Shown here one piece after another: positions 48,001 to 59,450 of a stretch of DNA of 64,000 nt (position 1 is the first letter of the stretch; each line of letters starts with the position of its first letter). This DNA is from an uncultured Chloroflexia bacterium. GTDB taxonomy: Bacteria > Chloroflexota > Limnocylindria > Limnocylindrales > CSP1-4. Made by a program: the position numbers and the translations under genes. The notes under the pieces were generated by a model. It saw nothing but the letters and a program-made list of their open reading frames with translations. It was not told the DNA's origin and did not search any database. The stretch is from positions 8,560 to 72,559 of the forward strand of contig CAWGBA010000005.1 in the NCBI GenBank assembly GCA_963820735.1, in the 5' to 3' direction.

Positions 48001-48717
48001 ATGGCCCGCACCGTCGATCACGCCGCCCGCGCCGTGCGGCGTGACGCTTTCATCGAAGCGGCGCAACGGCTGATCGCCAACAAGGGCTACGACGCATTCA
48101 GCGTCCAGGACCTGCTCGATGAGCTTGGCGCGTCGAAGGGCGCCTTTTACCACTACTTCGACTCCAAGCAGGCGCTGCTGTCAGCCGTCGTCGACGACAT
48201 GACCGACACGGTCCTTGGGCTGGTAGGGCCACTGGTGGCGGACGGAGGGCTCACCGCGCCCGAGAAGCTGCGCCAGCTGTTCGGCTCGATCGCGCAGTGG
48301 AAGTACGACCGCAGCGAGCTGATGTTCGAGATCATCGCGACCTGGTGGTCGGACGGAAACATCCTCGTGCGCGAGCACCTTCGCGCCACCGTCTTGGAGC
48401 GTCTGTCGCCGGTGATCGCCTGGATCCTCGAGCAGGGCGTCGCGGAGCGCAGCGTCGAATGCGCGGACCCAGGGCACGCGTCGCAGGTGTTCCTGTCGCT
48501 GCTGCTGGCCACCCAGGAGGTGCTCGGCCGTCTCTACCTCGGTTGTCGCGCGGGTCAGATCAGCCTCGCTGAAGTCGAGCAGACGTTGGCCGCCTACATG
48601 GGCGCGGGAGAACGAATCCTCGGCGTTCCTGCGGGGACGATGGCCGTGATCGATCGCCCGACGCTCGAGTTCTGGTTCGAAGGCTCCAGGGAATCGGAAA
48701 GGGAATCCGCAGCATGA
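48001..48717 (+). CDS. TetR/AcrR-family transcriptional regulator
   Basis: RRDAFIEAAQRLIANKGYDAFSVQDLLDELGASKGAFYHYFDSKQAL is a canonical TetR HTH. Its stop overlaps the ABC ATPase start. Confidence 0.9.
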   Translation: MARTVDHAARAVRRDAFIEAAQRLIANKGYDAFSVQDLLDELGASKGAFYHYFDSKQALLSAVVDDMTDTVLGLVGPLVADGGLTAPEKLRQLFGSIAQWKYDRSELMFEIIATWWSDGNILVREHLRATVLERLSPVIAWILEQGVAERSVECADPGHASQVFLSLLLATQEVLGRLYLGCRAGQISLAEVEQTLAAYMGAGERILGVPAGTMAVIDRPTLEFWFEGSRESERESAA

Positions 48718-49622
48718 ATGCCGTCATCTCCACGGAGAAGTTGACCAAGTCGTACGGCGAGCACCGGGGCATCGTCGATGTCGACCTCCAGGTCAACGAG
48801 GGCGAGATCTTCGGGTTCCTCGGGCCCAACGGCGCGGGCAAGACGACCACGATCCGGATCCTGCTCGACCTGATCCGTCCAACCGGCGGGCGCGCCACGG
48901 TCTTCGGGATCGAGACATCGGTCGACCCGGTCGGCATCCATCGCCGCGTCGGCTACCTGCCCGGCGAGTTCACGCTCTACGACCGGCTCACCGGCAAGCA
49001 GACGATCGACTACTTCGCGAACCTCCGCGGTGGCGTCGATCCGATCTACCAGCAGCGGCTGATCGAGCTGCTCGACCTCGACGCGTCACGCAAGTTCAAG
49101 GAGTACAGCCGAGGGCAACAAGCAGAAGGTGGGCCTGGTGATCGCGCTGCAGCACCGGCCCGACCTGCTGGTCCTGGACGAACCCACCTCGGGTCTCGAC
49201 CCGCTCGTGCAGCAGAGCTTCTTCGAGGCGCTGCGCCGAGGGAAAGCGAGAGGGCCGCACCGTCTTCCTGTCGAGCCACGTGCTGTCCGAGGTCGAGAAG
49301 ACGTGCGACCGCGTCGCGATCATCCGCGATGGCCGCCTGGTCAAGGTGGACAGCGTCGAGGCGCTCCGCGATCTGGCACACCATCAGGTGGAGCTGCGCT
49401 TCTCGGGCACGGTGCCGCTCGAAGAGTTCAAGATCCTTCCGGGCGTCAGCGACGTTGAGTCGACCGACCACACGCTGTCGCTGCGCGTCTTCGGCGCGAT
49501 CACGCCGGTCGTGCGCGAGGCGTCCAAGTACGACCTGCTCGACTTTGTCAGCCGCGAGCCGAGCCTCGAAGAGACGTTCCTGGCGCAGTACGGGCGCTCG
49601 TCCGGACGAGGTGCCCTCGTGA
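48714..49622 (+). CDS. ABC transporter ATP-binding protein (ABC-2 exporter type), about three frameshifts
   Basis: [13 protein letters not shown] (ORF 48714-), [33 protein letters not shown] (49129-), and [25 protein letters not shown] (49280-). The TGA at 49620-49622 is in the original frame and overlaps the permease GTG. Confidence 0.8.
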   Translation: MNAVISTEKLTKSYGEHRGIVDVDLQVNEGEIFGFLGPNGAGKTTTIRILLDLIRPTGGRATVFGIETSVDPVGIHRRVGYLPGEFTLYDRLTGKQTIDYFANLRGGVDPIYQQRLIELLDLDASRKFKEYSRGQQAEGGPGDRAAAPARPAGPGRTHLGSRPARAAELLRGAAPRESERAAPSSCRATCCPRSRRRATASRSSAMAAWSRWTASRRSAIWHTIRWSCASRARCRSKSSRSFRASATLSRPTTRCRCASSARSRRSCARRPSTTCSTLSAASRASKRRSWRSTGARPDEVPS

Positions 49623-51316
49623 GCGCGCAAGCCGGCCAACTGCCCGCGACGGTCCGACCGCCAATCTCGACCTGGAGCCGGATCTACGGCCTCGGCAGCG
49701 TCTACGCCAAGACGCTCCGCGACTCCCGTCTGAGTTTCATCATCGTTGCCGGGACTCTCGCGATCCTGATGCTCACGAGCGCGATCGGCTTCGGCGAGGC
49801 GTACGCCACGCTGGCGTCGCGCCAGCAGCTCGCGAACCTTGTTGCGAGCCTCCCACCAGTCCTGACCGGCATCTATGGCAACCCATTCCCGATCAACATC
49901 ACGACTCTCGGCGGCTCGATCGCCTGGAAGTCGGGCGGCTCGTTCGGGCTGATCACCGCGCTGTGGTCGCTCTTCGCGCTGTCCGGCACGCTCGCGGGCG
50001 AGGCGCGGCGGGGCAGCCTCGAGTTCGTGGCCGCGACGCCGCTCGGGAAGCGCCGCATCGCGGTCGAGAAGGTGTCCGCGCACGTCACCGCGATGGCGTT
50101 CGTCGCGATCATCGTGGCGCTCACGACGTACGTGTCGGCGTCGGCGTTCGGCACGCTCCCGGACGACGCCATCTCGCTCGAGGCGTCGATCGCGTTCGGG
50201 CTCTGGGTTGGCCTCGTCGGTCTCGCTGCCGGCGCGGTCGCATTCGCGCTCTCGCCGTTCGTCGGCCGCGCCGCGTCCGCGGGCATTGCCGGCGTGATCG
50301 TCGTCATCGGTTACTTCGTGAACGGCTACCAGGGCTCCGTGCCAGCGTTCGCCGGTCCGGCCAACCTGACCTGGTGGGGCTGGACGGCGCACTTCCAGCC
50401 GTTGGCAGGCTCGTTCAACTGGATCGACCTGCTCCCGCTCCTGCTCGTCCCGTTGATCCTGCTACCGGTCGGCATCGTGGCGTTCACGCGCCGCGACCTC
50501 GGTCAGACATCGCGCATTCCGTGGCCTGGCATGCCGCGCTGGACCCTGGGGCTGGGGAACCCGTTGACTCGCTCGCTGGGTGAGCGACTGCCCGTTGCAA
50601 TCGCCTGGGGCATCGGCATCGCGATCGCCGGGTTCGTGCTCGGCGCCGCGGCCGCCTCCTTCGGCGGGGAGCTGGCCAAGCAGGCTCCCGAGGTGTTGAA
50701 GGTATTCCAGCAGGTCTTTCCGAACATCGACTTCGGGACCGCCGCCGGCTTCCTGCAGCTGACGTTCGTGCAGTTCGGGATCATCTTCGCGGGGTTCGCG
50801 GCGGCGACGCTGATCGCCGGTTGGGCTTCCGACGAAGGCTCGGGACGCGCCGAGATGCTGCTCGCGGCTCCGCTTCGGCGGGTGCCGTGGGTGGTGCAGA
50901 GCGGGCTCGGAGTGCTGGCCGCGGTCGTCGTGATGACGATCGTGGTCGCGATCGGCATCGGGATCGGTGCCTCGATCGGCGGCGGTGACGTGCTGACGCC
51001 TGTCCTGGGGACGGCCGCGCTCGGGCTCTACGCGGCAGCGCTCTGTGGCATCGGCTTCGCGGTCGGCGGTGTGTTCGGCGCTGGATTTGCCGGCGAGATC
51101 GTGGCCGGGATCGTGATCGTGACGTTCCTGATCGACCTGGTCGTGCCGGCGCTCAAGCTGCCCGATTGGATGCACCAGCTGGCACTGACCGCCCATTTCG
51201 GCCAGCCGATGGTCGGCAACTGGGACGTCGGCGGCATCGTGCTGATGCTGGTGCTGGCGTTCGGCGGGCTCGTGCTGGGCGCCTGGGGCCTCCAGCGGAG
51301 GGATCTCGCGAAGTAG
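49619..51316 (+). CDS. ABC-2-type transporter permease (about 565 aa, many TM segments)
   Basis: An in-frame GTG at 49619 lies inside ORF 49280-51316 and overlaps the ATPase stop. The product is long, hydrophobic and uninterrupted. Confidence 0.75.
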   Translation: MSAQAGQLPATVRPPISTWSRIYGLGSVYAKTLRDSRLSFIIVAGTLAILMLTSAIGFGEAYATLASRQQLANLVASLPPVLTGIYGNPFPINITTLGGSIAWKSGGSFGLITALWSLFALSGTLAGEARRGSLEFVAATPLGKRRIAVEKVSAHVTAMAFVAIIVALTTYVSASAFGTLPDDAISLEASIAFGLWVGLVGLAAGAVAFALSPFVGRAASAGIAGVIVVIGYFVNGYQGSVPAFAGPANLTWWGWTAHFQPLAGSFNWIDLLPLLLVPLILLPVGIVAFTRRDLGQTSRIPWPGMPRWTLGLGNPLTRSLGERLPVAIAWGIGIAIAGFVLGAAAASFGGELAKQAPEVLKVFQQVFPNIDFGTAAGFLQLTFVQFGIIFAGFAAATLIAGWASDEGSGRAEMLLAAPLRRVPWVVQSGLGVLAAVVVMTIVVAIGIGIGASIGGGDVLTPVLGTAALGLYAAALCGIGFAVGGVFGAGFAGEIVAGIVIVTFLIDLVVPALKLPDWMHQLALTAHFGQPMVGNWDVGGIVLMLVLAFGGLVLGAWGLQRRDLAK

Positions 51317-51542
51317 GGCCGCGCCTTGGCGCCGGCCAGTATCTCGGGAGTCGGGTGGCCTCGCGTTCGGCCGCGCTGGGGTTGACGGCGCGGCCCGTCC
51401 CATTCGTCCCGTCACCTGCACGTCCCTGATGCGTTAGGAGGACAATGGCGGGCTTCCACGGGTGATTCCGCCGTCCTGAGTGGGGCCTTTGAGCGTGGCG
51501 CACGGTCCGCAATGGCACTCCAGAGCGTCCTGCTCCGCCTAT

Positions 51543-51656
51543 GCACGTCCTTGGTGCACGTGACGGGAAATCCGGGGCAGACCGCCGCTACGGCACGTTT
51601 TTGGTGCACGTGACGGGAAATCCAGGGAAAACGCCGATACGGCGCGTCCTTCGTGC
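51543..51656. repeat. ~50-nt tandem direct repeat x2 plus a partial third copy, with an identical 23-nt core
   Basis: Copies at 51543-51592 and 51593-51641. The core ttggtgcacgtgacgggaaatcc is identical at 51551-51573 and 51601-51623. A partial copy lies at 51642-51656. An inverted near-copy (15 nt, 1 mismatch) lies at 51407-51425. Confidence 0.85.
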
Positions 51657-51751
51657 CCCCAACAAAGCAGCCGACGCTTCAAAGCCACGCGACGTCGCAT
51701 GGCAGTGGCACCGCCGGCCGGGGGCTCACCGTTCGGTACACTCGGCTGACC

Positions 51752-54538
51752 GTGGAATCGCTCTCGTCAGCCGAGATTCGACGCCGCTTCCTCGAGTTCT
51801 TCGAGGAGCGCGGCCACACCGTCGTGCCCTCCGCCAGCCTCGTGCCGGCGCGGCGACCAGACGCTGCTCTTCACCAACTCCGGCATGGTCCAGTTCAAGG
51901 ACGTGCTGCGCGGCGCCGAGACGCGCAGCTACACGCGCGCCGTGGACGTCCAGCGCTGCCTGCGCGTGGCCGGCAAGCACAACGACTTCGAGGAGGTCGG
52001 CCGGACGCCGCGGCACCACACCTTCTTCGAGATGCTCGGCAACTGGAGCTTCGGCGACTACTTCAAGCGCGAGGCGATCCACTGGGCCTGGCGACTTCCT
52101 GACCGAAGGATCTGCGGCATCGATCCGACGCGGCTCGCCGCGACCACCTACACGGACGACGAGGAGGCGCGGGCCATCTGGCGCGACGAGATCGGCCTGC
52201 CGCCGGAGCGCATGGCGCGCTGGGGCGACGTCGACAAGGGCGACGACCACAACTTCTGGCGCATGGCCGACACCGGCCCGTGCGGGCCGTGCAGCGAGAT
52301 CCACTACGACCGCGGCGCCCACCTGTCCGAGGGTCCGGAGTGCGTGCCGGACCACAGCGAGACATTGCCCGCGCTGGCTCGAGATCTGGAACCTGGTCTT
52401 CATGGAGTTCGACCAGCAGCCGGACGGCCCGCGCGTGCCGCTGCCGTTCAAGAGCGTCGACACGGGCATGGGCCTGGAACGCCTCGCGAGCGTGCTGCAG
52501 GGCGTCACCACCAACTACGACACGGACCTCTTCACGCCCATCCACGCGCGGATGCGCGAGCTGCTCGGCCACGACCCGGAGACGTTCGAGACCGAGCGCT
52601 TCAGCTACCAGGTGATCGCCGACCACTCGCGCGCGATGACCTTCCTGATCGCGGACGGCGTGCTGCCCGGCAACGAGGGCCGCGGCTACGTGCTGCGCCG
52701 GATCGTGCGGCGCGCCGTGCGCCACGGCCGCCTGCTCGGCCGCACGGAGCCGTTCCTCGCCCAGACCGCGGACGTCGTCATCGACACGATGAAGGAGGCG
52801 TACCCGTACCTCGACGGCGCGGCGCGAGCAGATCCTCGGCACGATCCTGCGCGAGGAGGCGGCAGTTCGCGCGCACGCTCGAGGCGGGCACCGATCCAGC
52901 TCGAAGAGGCGCTCATCCCGCTGACCGTCGCGGACCGCGTCGTCGGACGGCGGCCGGAGGAGCTGCCCGACGGACGCGCCGGTGCTGCCCGGTGCGGTGG
53001 CCTTCCGCCTGCACGACACCTACGGCTTCCCGATCGACCTGACCATCGAGCTGGCGGCCGAGTACGGCGTGCGCGTCGACCGGCTGGGCTTCGACGAGGC
53101 GCTCGCCGAGCAGCGCAGCGCGAGCCGCTCGGGCAAGAAGGCCGACCTGGCCCACCAGGCCGAGCTCAGAGGCGCTCTACGACTCGATCGTGCGGCAGCC
53201 GGCGAGACCAAGTTCGTCGGCTACGAGACGCACCGAGACCCGACGCCAAGGTCGTCGCGATCCTGCGCGACGGCACCGAGTACCAGGAGCTCGAGGCCAA
53301 GGCCGGAGGTCGAGCTGCGGGTCGACGCGGCCGGCCGACGCCGAGCTGGTCCTCGACGTGACGCCGTTCTACGGCGAGGGCGGCGGCCAGGTCGGCGACC
53401 GCGGCGTGATCCGCGACGCGGACGGCGCGGTCGCTCTTCACGGTCGAGGACACGCAGAAGCCGGTCGCCGGCCTGTTCGTGCACCGCGGCAAGCTGCCAT
53501 GGCCGCGTCGCGGTCGGCGAGTCGGTGCACGCCGAGGTCGACGCCGGCGCGGCGCGCGGCCACGATGCGCAACCACACCGGCACGCACGTGCTGCACCGC
53601 GCGTTGCGCAACACGGTCGGGCGAGTCGGCGCGCCAGGCCGGCTCGCTGGTGACGCCCGACTACCTGCGCTTCGACTTCCCCTTCGACCGGCCGCTGACC
53701 GCGGACGAGAAGCGCGCCATCGAGCGCGAGGTGCGCGGCGTGGTCCGCGACGACCGCACGGTCACGGTGGCAGTACATGCCCATGGCCGAGGCGATCAAG
53801 CAGGGCGCCGACGCGTTCTTCGACGAGAAGTACGGCGAGACGGTGCGCACCGTCCGCGTCGAGGACTACAGCTTCGAGCTGTGCGGCGGCACGCACTGCC
53901 GCGCGTCCGGCCAGATCGGCAGCTTCGTGATCACCGGCGAGCGCTCGATCGGCTCCGGCATGCGCCGCATCGAGGCGCTCACCGGCGACGCCGCGGACGC
54001 CTACTTCGAGGAGCGCGTCCAGCTGCTGGACGCGGCCACGAAGCCGCGGGGCGCGCAGTCGGCGGAGCGCCTCCCGGAACGCATCGAGGAGCTCAAGGCG
54101 CGCAGCGCGCGCCCGAAGGGCGCCACGTCGTCCGGCCAGGCCCGACCGGCCGAGCTCGTCCGCAGCGCGGAATGGATCGACGGAACTCGCTTCGTCGCCT
54201 ACGCCCACGCCGTTCGACTCGATGGAGGAGCTCAAGGCCTTCGCCAAGGACGTGCGCGGCGAGCTGGGCGACGGCGTGATTGCCCTCGCCCTCGAGGCCG
54301 ACGAGCCGCAGCTCTTCGTGACGGTCAGCGACGACCTGGTGGCGCGCGGCGTGTCCGCTGGCCGCTGGTCAGGCCGGCGCGACCGTCATCGACGGCAAGG
54401 GCGGCGGCCGGCCGCGAGATGGCCCAGGCCCGCGGCACGCGTCGCGATCGGCTGCCGAGCGCGCTGGAGGCCATCCGCCAGGCGCTGACCGACGTGCTCG
54501 ATGCGCCGCGCCACGACGCGGCTCGCGCGACCACCTAG
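51752..54538 (+). CDS. alaS: alanine--tRNA ligase, at least ten frameshifts
   Basis: [148 protein letters not shown] and GGGRPEMAQA occur in order across the frames of ORFs 51653-, 51885-, 51541-, 52982-, 53190-, 53479- and 53777-54538. Confidence 0.9.
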
Positions 54539-54539
54539 C

Positions 54540-55817
54540 GTGGCCTTCTGGCGCCGGCTTCCTGCAACGCGACCGGAGAGCGCCGTCGCTGGCTGCGCTG
54601 CACCGCGCTCGACATCGGCACGGAGTTCGCCAAGGCGCTCGTCTTCGAGATCGACGGCGACGGGCACGGCAACGTCCAGGGCGCCGGCCGCAAGCGCCAG
54701 GGCCTGGCGCACATGCAGTCGGGCACCGTCGCGGACATCGCCGCGGTCGTCGACAACTGCCAGGTGGCGCTCCAGGAAGCCGAGGAGATGGCCGGCTTCC
54801 GGTCGCACGCAGGTGGTCATCGGCATCGCCGGCGAGCTGGTCAAGGGCTTCACGACCAGCGCACACCCAGGAGCGCAAGCGGCCGGACCAGCCGATCACC
54901 GACCAGGAGCTCCAGACGCTGATCGACGGCGTCCAGCGCGAGGCCATGCGCGACGCGGAACGGGCCATCACCTGGGAGACCGGCCTGCCCAACGTCGACA
55001 TCCAGCTGGTCCACGCGGCCGTCACCGGCGGCAAGCATCGACGGCTACCCGGTGACGAACCCGGTCGGCTTCCAGGGCCGCCACGTGAAGATCAGCATCT
55101 TCAACGCCTTTGCGCCGCTGATCCACCTGGGCGCGCTGCGGACCGTGGCCAGCCAGCTGGACCTTGAGCTGCTCGCCATCGTCGCCGAGCCGTACGCGGT
55201 GGCGCGTTGCCTCGGCGGCGACGAGCGTGCAGCAGGCGGGCGCACTGTTCATCGACGTCGGCGGCGGCACCACGGACGTGGCGCTCGTGCGCCAGGGCGG
55301 CGTCGAAGGCGACGCGCATGTTCGCGCTCGGCGGCCGTGCCTTCACCAAGTCGCTCGGCGATCGGCTCGAGCTGCCCTTCTCACGCGCCGAGGAGCTCAA
55401 GATCGACTACGCGCGCGGCGTCGAGATCACAGGATGCCGACGTCGGTCCGCACGATCATCGCCGAGGACGTGGCGGTCTGGGCCGCGGGCGTGGAGCTGG
55501 TGCTCGAGGAGTTCGGCAAGCACGGGCTGCTGCCCGGTCGCATCGAGCTGTGCGGCGGTGGCTCGCGGCTGCCGCAGATCGCCGCCGCGCTGCGGGCTCC
55601 CGGCTTCGCCCGAAGACCTGCCCGTTCGCCCGCCCGCCGCAGGTCAACATCATCGAGCCTCGGCCGTGCAAGGCGATCGAGGACTCGACCAACCTGCTTG
55701 TCGACCAGCAGGACGTGACGCCGATGGCGCTGGCCTACCAGGCCATCGAGATGTCGGGAACCGGAGGCGCCGCTCGATGCGGCGCTGCGCAAAGTGCTGA
55801 AGCTGATGCGCGTCTGA
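54540..55817 (+). CDS. FtsA/PilM-like actin-fold ATPase, several frameshifts
   Basis: GTG lies 1 nt after the alaS stop. ALDIGTEFAKALVFE, VVIGIAGELVKG, ELLAIVAEPYAVA, ALFIDVGGGTTDVALV, FALGGRAFTKSLGDRL...AEELKIDY and IELCGGGSRLPQI are spread over three frames. The reconstructed stop is at 55815-55817. Confidence 0.65.
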
Positions 55818-55924
55818 AGAGTGGCGCGCGTCTCCGCCGCGAGCGTCCGTGCCGCGTCGCTGCGACCGATCGCATCCCGCGTGGCCGCGGGTTCAGACTC
55901 TTCGGCGGATCGAATGAGGGGTTC

Positions 55925-57541
55925 ATGAGCGTCTCGTACCTCGACGTCGCGGACGAGATCACCGACGCCGTCACGAGGCTTCGCGCGGCCAACGACAAGC
56001 GCGTGATCCTGGTTCTGCCGCCGGGATCCCGGATCGGCACGAGCCGGATCAACTTCCGTCTCCTGCTCCGCGAGGCGCAGCAGCACGGTGTGTCGCTCGA
56101 CGTGGTCAGCGGCGAGCCGGGCGTTCGCGCGCTCGCAGCATCGGCCGGCGCCCGCACCTTCGGCTCGGTAGGAGAGGCCGAGCGGCAGGAGACGATCCCG
56201 CCGCCGCCCATGCCCGGAGAAACGGTGACCACGGCCATCGCGCAGTCCAGCGCCGCGGCCGCAGGGCTCGCGGTTGCGCCGCGCGCCGCAACGGTTGGGT
56301 TCGGCCCGCAGGGCGCGGATTCCTGGACGGTGCCCGGACCCGAGGAGACGGCCGTGGTCAAGGGCCCGCGCCGGCGCTGGGGTGCCGGTACAGCCGGCTT
56401 CCTCGGAAAGGTGCTGGTGATCGGCGTGGTCCTGGCCGCGATGGGCGGTGTTGCCTATGGCGCGTACATGACGCTTCCGACGGCGACCATCCATCTGCAG
56501 CCCGAGACACAGACGTTCGGGCCACGCGTCATCCACGTCGTCGCGGATCCGTCGGTGGCCGTCTCGGACCCGTCGACGGGCCGGATCCCGGCCGAGGCCG
56601 TGACCCTGCATCTACCGGAAACCGGCACGTTCAACGCGACCGGTCAAACGGTGACGCAGGTGCCGGCGACCGGGTCCGTGGTGTTCACGAGCACGAACAC
56701 GGACGCCGACGTGTCGATCCCCGAGGGCACGATTGTCAGCACCCGAGACGGCACCCAGTTCCAGACCACGAAGGAGGCATCGATCCCAAAGGCGCAGGTC
56801 AACAAGCCTTCGGAGATGGAGATTCCGGTCCAGGCGGTCGTCGGCGGGCTGTCCGGAAATGTCCCGGTGGGCAGGGTCACCGTATTGCCGGACCCGCTGG
56901 CGACCTTGTTCGTGACGGTCAGCAACCCGAAACCCATGAGCGGCGGCGCCAGGGTCACCCTGTTGACGATCACCCAAGGCGACTACGACAACGCCGTCGC
57001 ATCGCTGAGCGCCAAGCTGCGCGCCGACCTGACCACTGCGCTCGGTGATCCCGCCAACACGCCCCAGGGCCTGACCATCTACCCGGAGACGGCGACGCTC
57101 GGAACGGTGACCGCGGACCAGGCGTCGAGCGATCTCGTCGACAAGCAGATGGACCAGTTCACGCTCTCCGCGTCGGCGGATGGCACGGTGCTGGGCGTTG
57201 ACCTGGAGCTGGTCACCAGCGTCGCGGGGCAGCAGCTGCAGGCAGCCGTCCCGGCGAACGTCCAATCATTCCCGCAGACGATCATGACGACGCCGTCGGA
57301 AGGCACCGTGAGCGGCTCGACGGTCTCCTACGACGTGACTGCCAGCATGCAGCAATATGCGCCGCCTGACCAGGACGCACTGGTGGCGGAGATCAAGGGC
57401 AAGACCGTTTCCGACGCTCGGTCCATACTTGCCAGCTACGGAACGGCTGACATCTCCATCTGGCCGGACTTTGTGCCATCGATCCCCGACGACCCTCGGC
57501 GGATCAACCTGACCATCGAGAGCCCCGTATTCCCGAGGTAG
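55925..57541 (+). CDS. single-pass membrane protein with a small cytoplasmic N-domain and a large extracytoplasmic baseplate-J (gp47)-like domain
   Basis: Uninterrupted 538-aa ORF with GAGGGG upstream. TM segment FLGKVLVIGVVLAAMGGVAYGAYMTL. GSVVFTSTNTDADVSIPEGTIVSTRDGTQFQTT...VQAVVGGLSGNVPVGRVTVL...VSNPKPMSGGA resembles the baseplate-J core. Assigned by eye only. Confidence 0.55.
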   Translation: MSVSYLDVADEITDAVTRLRAANDKRVILVLPPGSRIGTSRINFRLLLREAQQHGVSLDVVSGEPGVRALAASAGARTFGSVGEAERQETIPPPPMPGETVTTAIAQSSAAAAGLAVAPRAATVGFGPQGADSWTVPGPEETAVVKGPRRRWGAGTAGFLGKVLVIGVVLAAMGGVAYGAYMTLPTATIHLQPETQTFGPRVIHVVADPSVAVSDPSTGRIPAEAVTLHLPETGTFNATGQTVTQVPATGSVVFTSTNTDADVSIPEGTIVSTRDGTQFQTTKEASIPKAQVNKPSEMEIPVQAVVGGLSGNVPVGRVTVLPDPLATLFVTVSNPKPMSGGARVTLLTITQGDYDNAVASLSAKLRADLTTALGDPANTPQGLTIYPETATLGTVTADQASSDLVDKQMDQFTLSASADGTVLGVDLELVTSVAGQQLQAAVPANVQSFPQTIMTTPSEGTVSGSTVSYDVTASMQQYAPPDQDALVAEIKGKTVSDARSILASYGTADISIWPDFVPSIPDDPRRINLTIESPVFPR

Positions 57542-57622
57542 CCCCTCATTGACATACCCGCGACCAGCCCTCGTCCTTGCCGCGCGCCCGCTACAAGCAG
57601 CGGCTCCGACCCACAGCCGCTC

Positions 57623-58079
57623 ATGACGCTACTTGGCCTGGACGTGGGGGCTCGACGGATCGGCGTCGCGGTTGCGGATCCCACCAGTGGCACCGTCCGC
57701 GCGTTGACGACCATCAATCGTTCGGACGCGGTCGCGGAAGCCACGACGCTGCGCCGGCTGGCTTCTGAGCAGGCGGCGACCGAGCTGATCGTCGGTCTGC
57801 CGCTTCGGGCGGATGGCACGCGAGGGGGAGCAGGCTCGCGTGACGCGAGAGTGGTCCGACGGCATCGCCTCGCTCGTGGGGCTGCCGATCTCGTGGCGGG
57901 ATGAGCGGCACACGAGCCAGCAGGCGGAAGCGCGGATCGGACGCGTCCGTCGGTCGCACACCGGTGCGGCACCGACCACCCGCGCGCTGCGAGCGTATCG
58001 CGCACGCGTCGATCGCGAGGCAGCCGCGGCCATCCTTCAGGCCGAGCTGGACGCGCGCCAGTCGGAGGCGGCCAGGTGA
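57623..58079 (+). CDS. ruvX: Holliday-junction-resolvase-like nuclease RuvX (YqgF), one frameshift near 57825
   Basis: MTLLGLDVGARRIGVAVADP...LIVGLPL (ORF 57623-57904) joins ISWRDERHTSQQAE...DREAAAAILQ (ORF 57813-58079). Confidence 0.85.
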
Positions 58080-59443
58080 GCGTGTCAGGATCGAGCTCGT
58101 CCGATAGCAACCGCGGCGTCCGATCCGGCGCGGAGCGCGCCGAGCTGCGCATGCGCGGCTACCGGCCGCGCAATGGCGGTGGCGGTGCTCGTCGCTACCG
58201 GGGCCTCATGGTCATCCTGGTGGTCGCTGCTGGTCGTCGTTGTCGGCGGCCTGTTCGTGGGCATGCCTGCGCTGCGTTCCTTCGCTGCCGGAATGGCGGA
58301 AGGCAACACGTCGGCGATCAACTACCCGTTCATCGGCGGCCTGGTCAAGGACGAGCTGGGTGCGTCGCTTTCGACACCGGCAGGCACCGACACGACGGTG
58401 GTTCCCATCACGGTCGCCAGCGGCGAGACGGTGAAGCAGATCGCCGCCGACCTGGCCAACAACAAGCTCATCGCGCGCCCGCTGGTGTTCCAGTACCTGG
58501 TCGCGAGCGAGGGCGCCGGCGACAAGATCCAGACCGGCCTGTTCAACCTCAACCAGACGATGACGCCGCAGGCGATCGTCGATCGGATGCAGAAGACGCC
58601 CGATCCCAAGAACCCGCTCGTCGCCGTCGCGCTTCGTGGTGGTCTTGCGGCTCGAGCAGGTCGCTGCGTATCTCCAGACGCTCGACTTGTCGATGAACGT
58701 GAACGATTGGTACCAGGAGGCGCTCAATCCGCCCGACCAGTTGCGGACCGACTATCCCTGGCTGTCGGCGCTGCCCGCCGGCAAGAGCCTGGAGGGCTTC
58801 CTCGGGCTCGGGGTGTTCTCCGTTCAGGCCCGACATCACCCCCGGACGCGCTGATGCGGCTGCTCCTCGACCAGTGGCAGAAGGACGTTGGCCAGAGCGT
58901 CATCGACCAGGCGACCGCGAAGCACGAGAAGTTCTACGACGTGCTCAAGCTGGCCAGCATCGTCGAGAAAGAGACCCCCGTGGACAGCGAGCGGGTCAAG
59001 GTGGCGGGCGTCTACACCAACCGGCTCAATGGCATCCTTGGCAATTCGCTGCTGAACTCCGAGCCGACCGTGATCTACGCCAACGACACCATGCAGTTGC
59101 GGAGAGCTGGACTTCAATGATTGGGCACTCGTCGCGTTCTGGAACTCACGGGGCACTCCGATCTGAGCCAGGTACAGGTCAGCCAGGACCTGATCGGGTA
59201 CCAGAGCTGGATCACCGAAGGGCTGCCGCCCGGGCCCATCGACTCGCCCTCGAGGCTGCGTCGATCCAGGCCGCCATCAGCCCGGATACCAGCGGCCACT
59301 ACGCCTACTTCTACGCCTGCCCGGGCTGGAAGACGCACGTGTTCGCACGGACCCTCCAGGAGCAGTCGCACAACATCGCGAACTGCAAGCCGGCGCCGAC
59401 GCCGAAGCCGACCCCCAAAGTCAAGCCGTCTCCCACGCCGTAG
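58076..59443 (+). CDS. mltG: endolytic murein transglycosylase MltG (YceG-like), several frameshifts
   Basis: GTGA overlap with ruvX. An N-terminal TM segment (ORF 58173-) is followed by ASGETVKQIAADLANNKLI, LASIVEKET, VYTNRL, LNSEPTVIYA, GLPPGPI.SPS and YFYACPGWKTHVFARTLQEQ across four frames. The tail is Pro/Thr/Lys-rich. Confidence 0.8.
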
Positions 59444-59450
59444 CGTCGCC

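Noticed and set aside
49280-51316. Apparent 678-aa ATPase-permease fusion protein.
   Set aside because: An in-frame GTG at 49619 overlaps a TGA (49620-49622) in the ATPase's original frame. The continuity is produced by frameshifts in the ATPase 3' end.
51353-51365. T-box-like sequence GGGTGGCCTCGCG upstream of alaS, suggesting a T-box riboswitch.
   Set aside because: It matches only about 11 of 13 positions of the GGGTGGNACCGCG core. It lies about 390 nt before the start codon and only about 37 nt after the upstream gene stop, leaving no room for Stem I or a specifier loop. I found no antiterminator or terminator partner.
51752-54538. Programmed ribosomal frameshifting or genuine pseudogenisation as the explanation for the broken genes.
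   Set aside because: There are far too many breaks per gene, including compensating pairs a few codons apart. I saw no slippery-site pattern, and essential genes are affected. Consensus indel error is the simpler explanation, though it needs read-level confirmation.
2199-57541. A prophage, tailocin or contractile-injection element, suggested by TssK (2199-3570) and the baseplate-J-like protein (55925-57541).
   Set aside because: The two genes are 52 kb apart in different compositional blocks. No sheath, tube, spike, tape-measure, capsid, terminase or integrase genes are visible near either.
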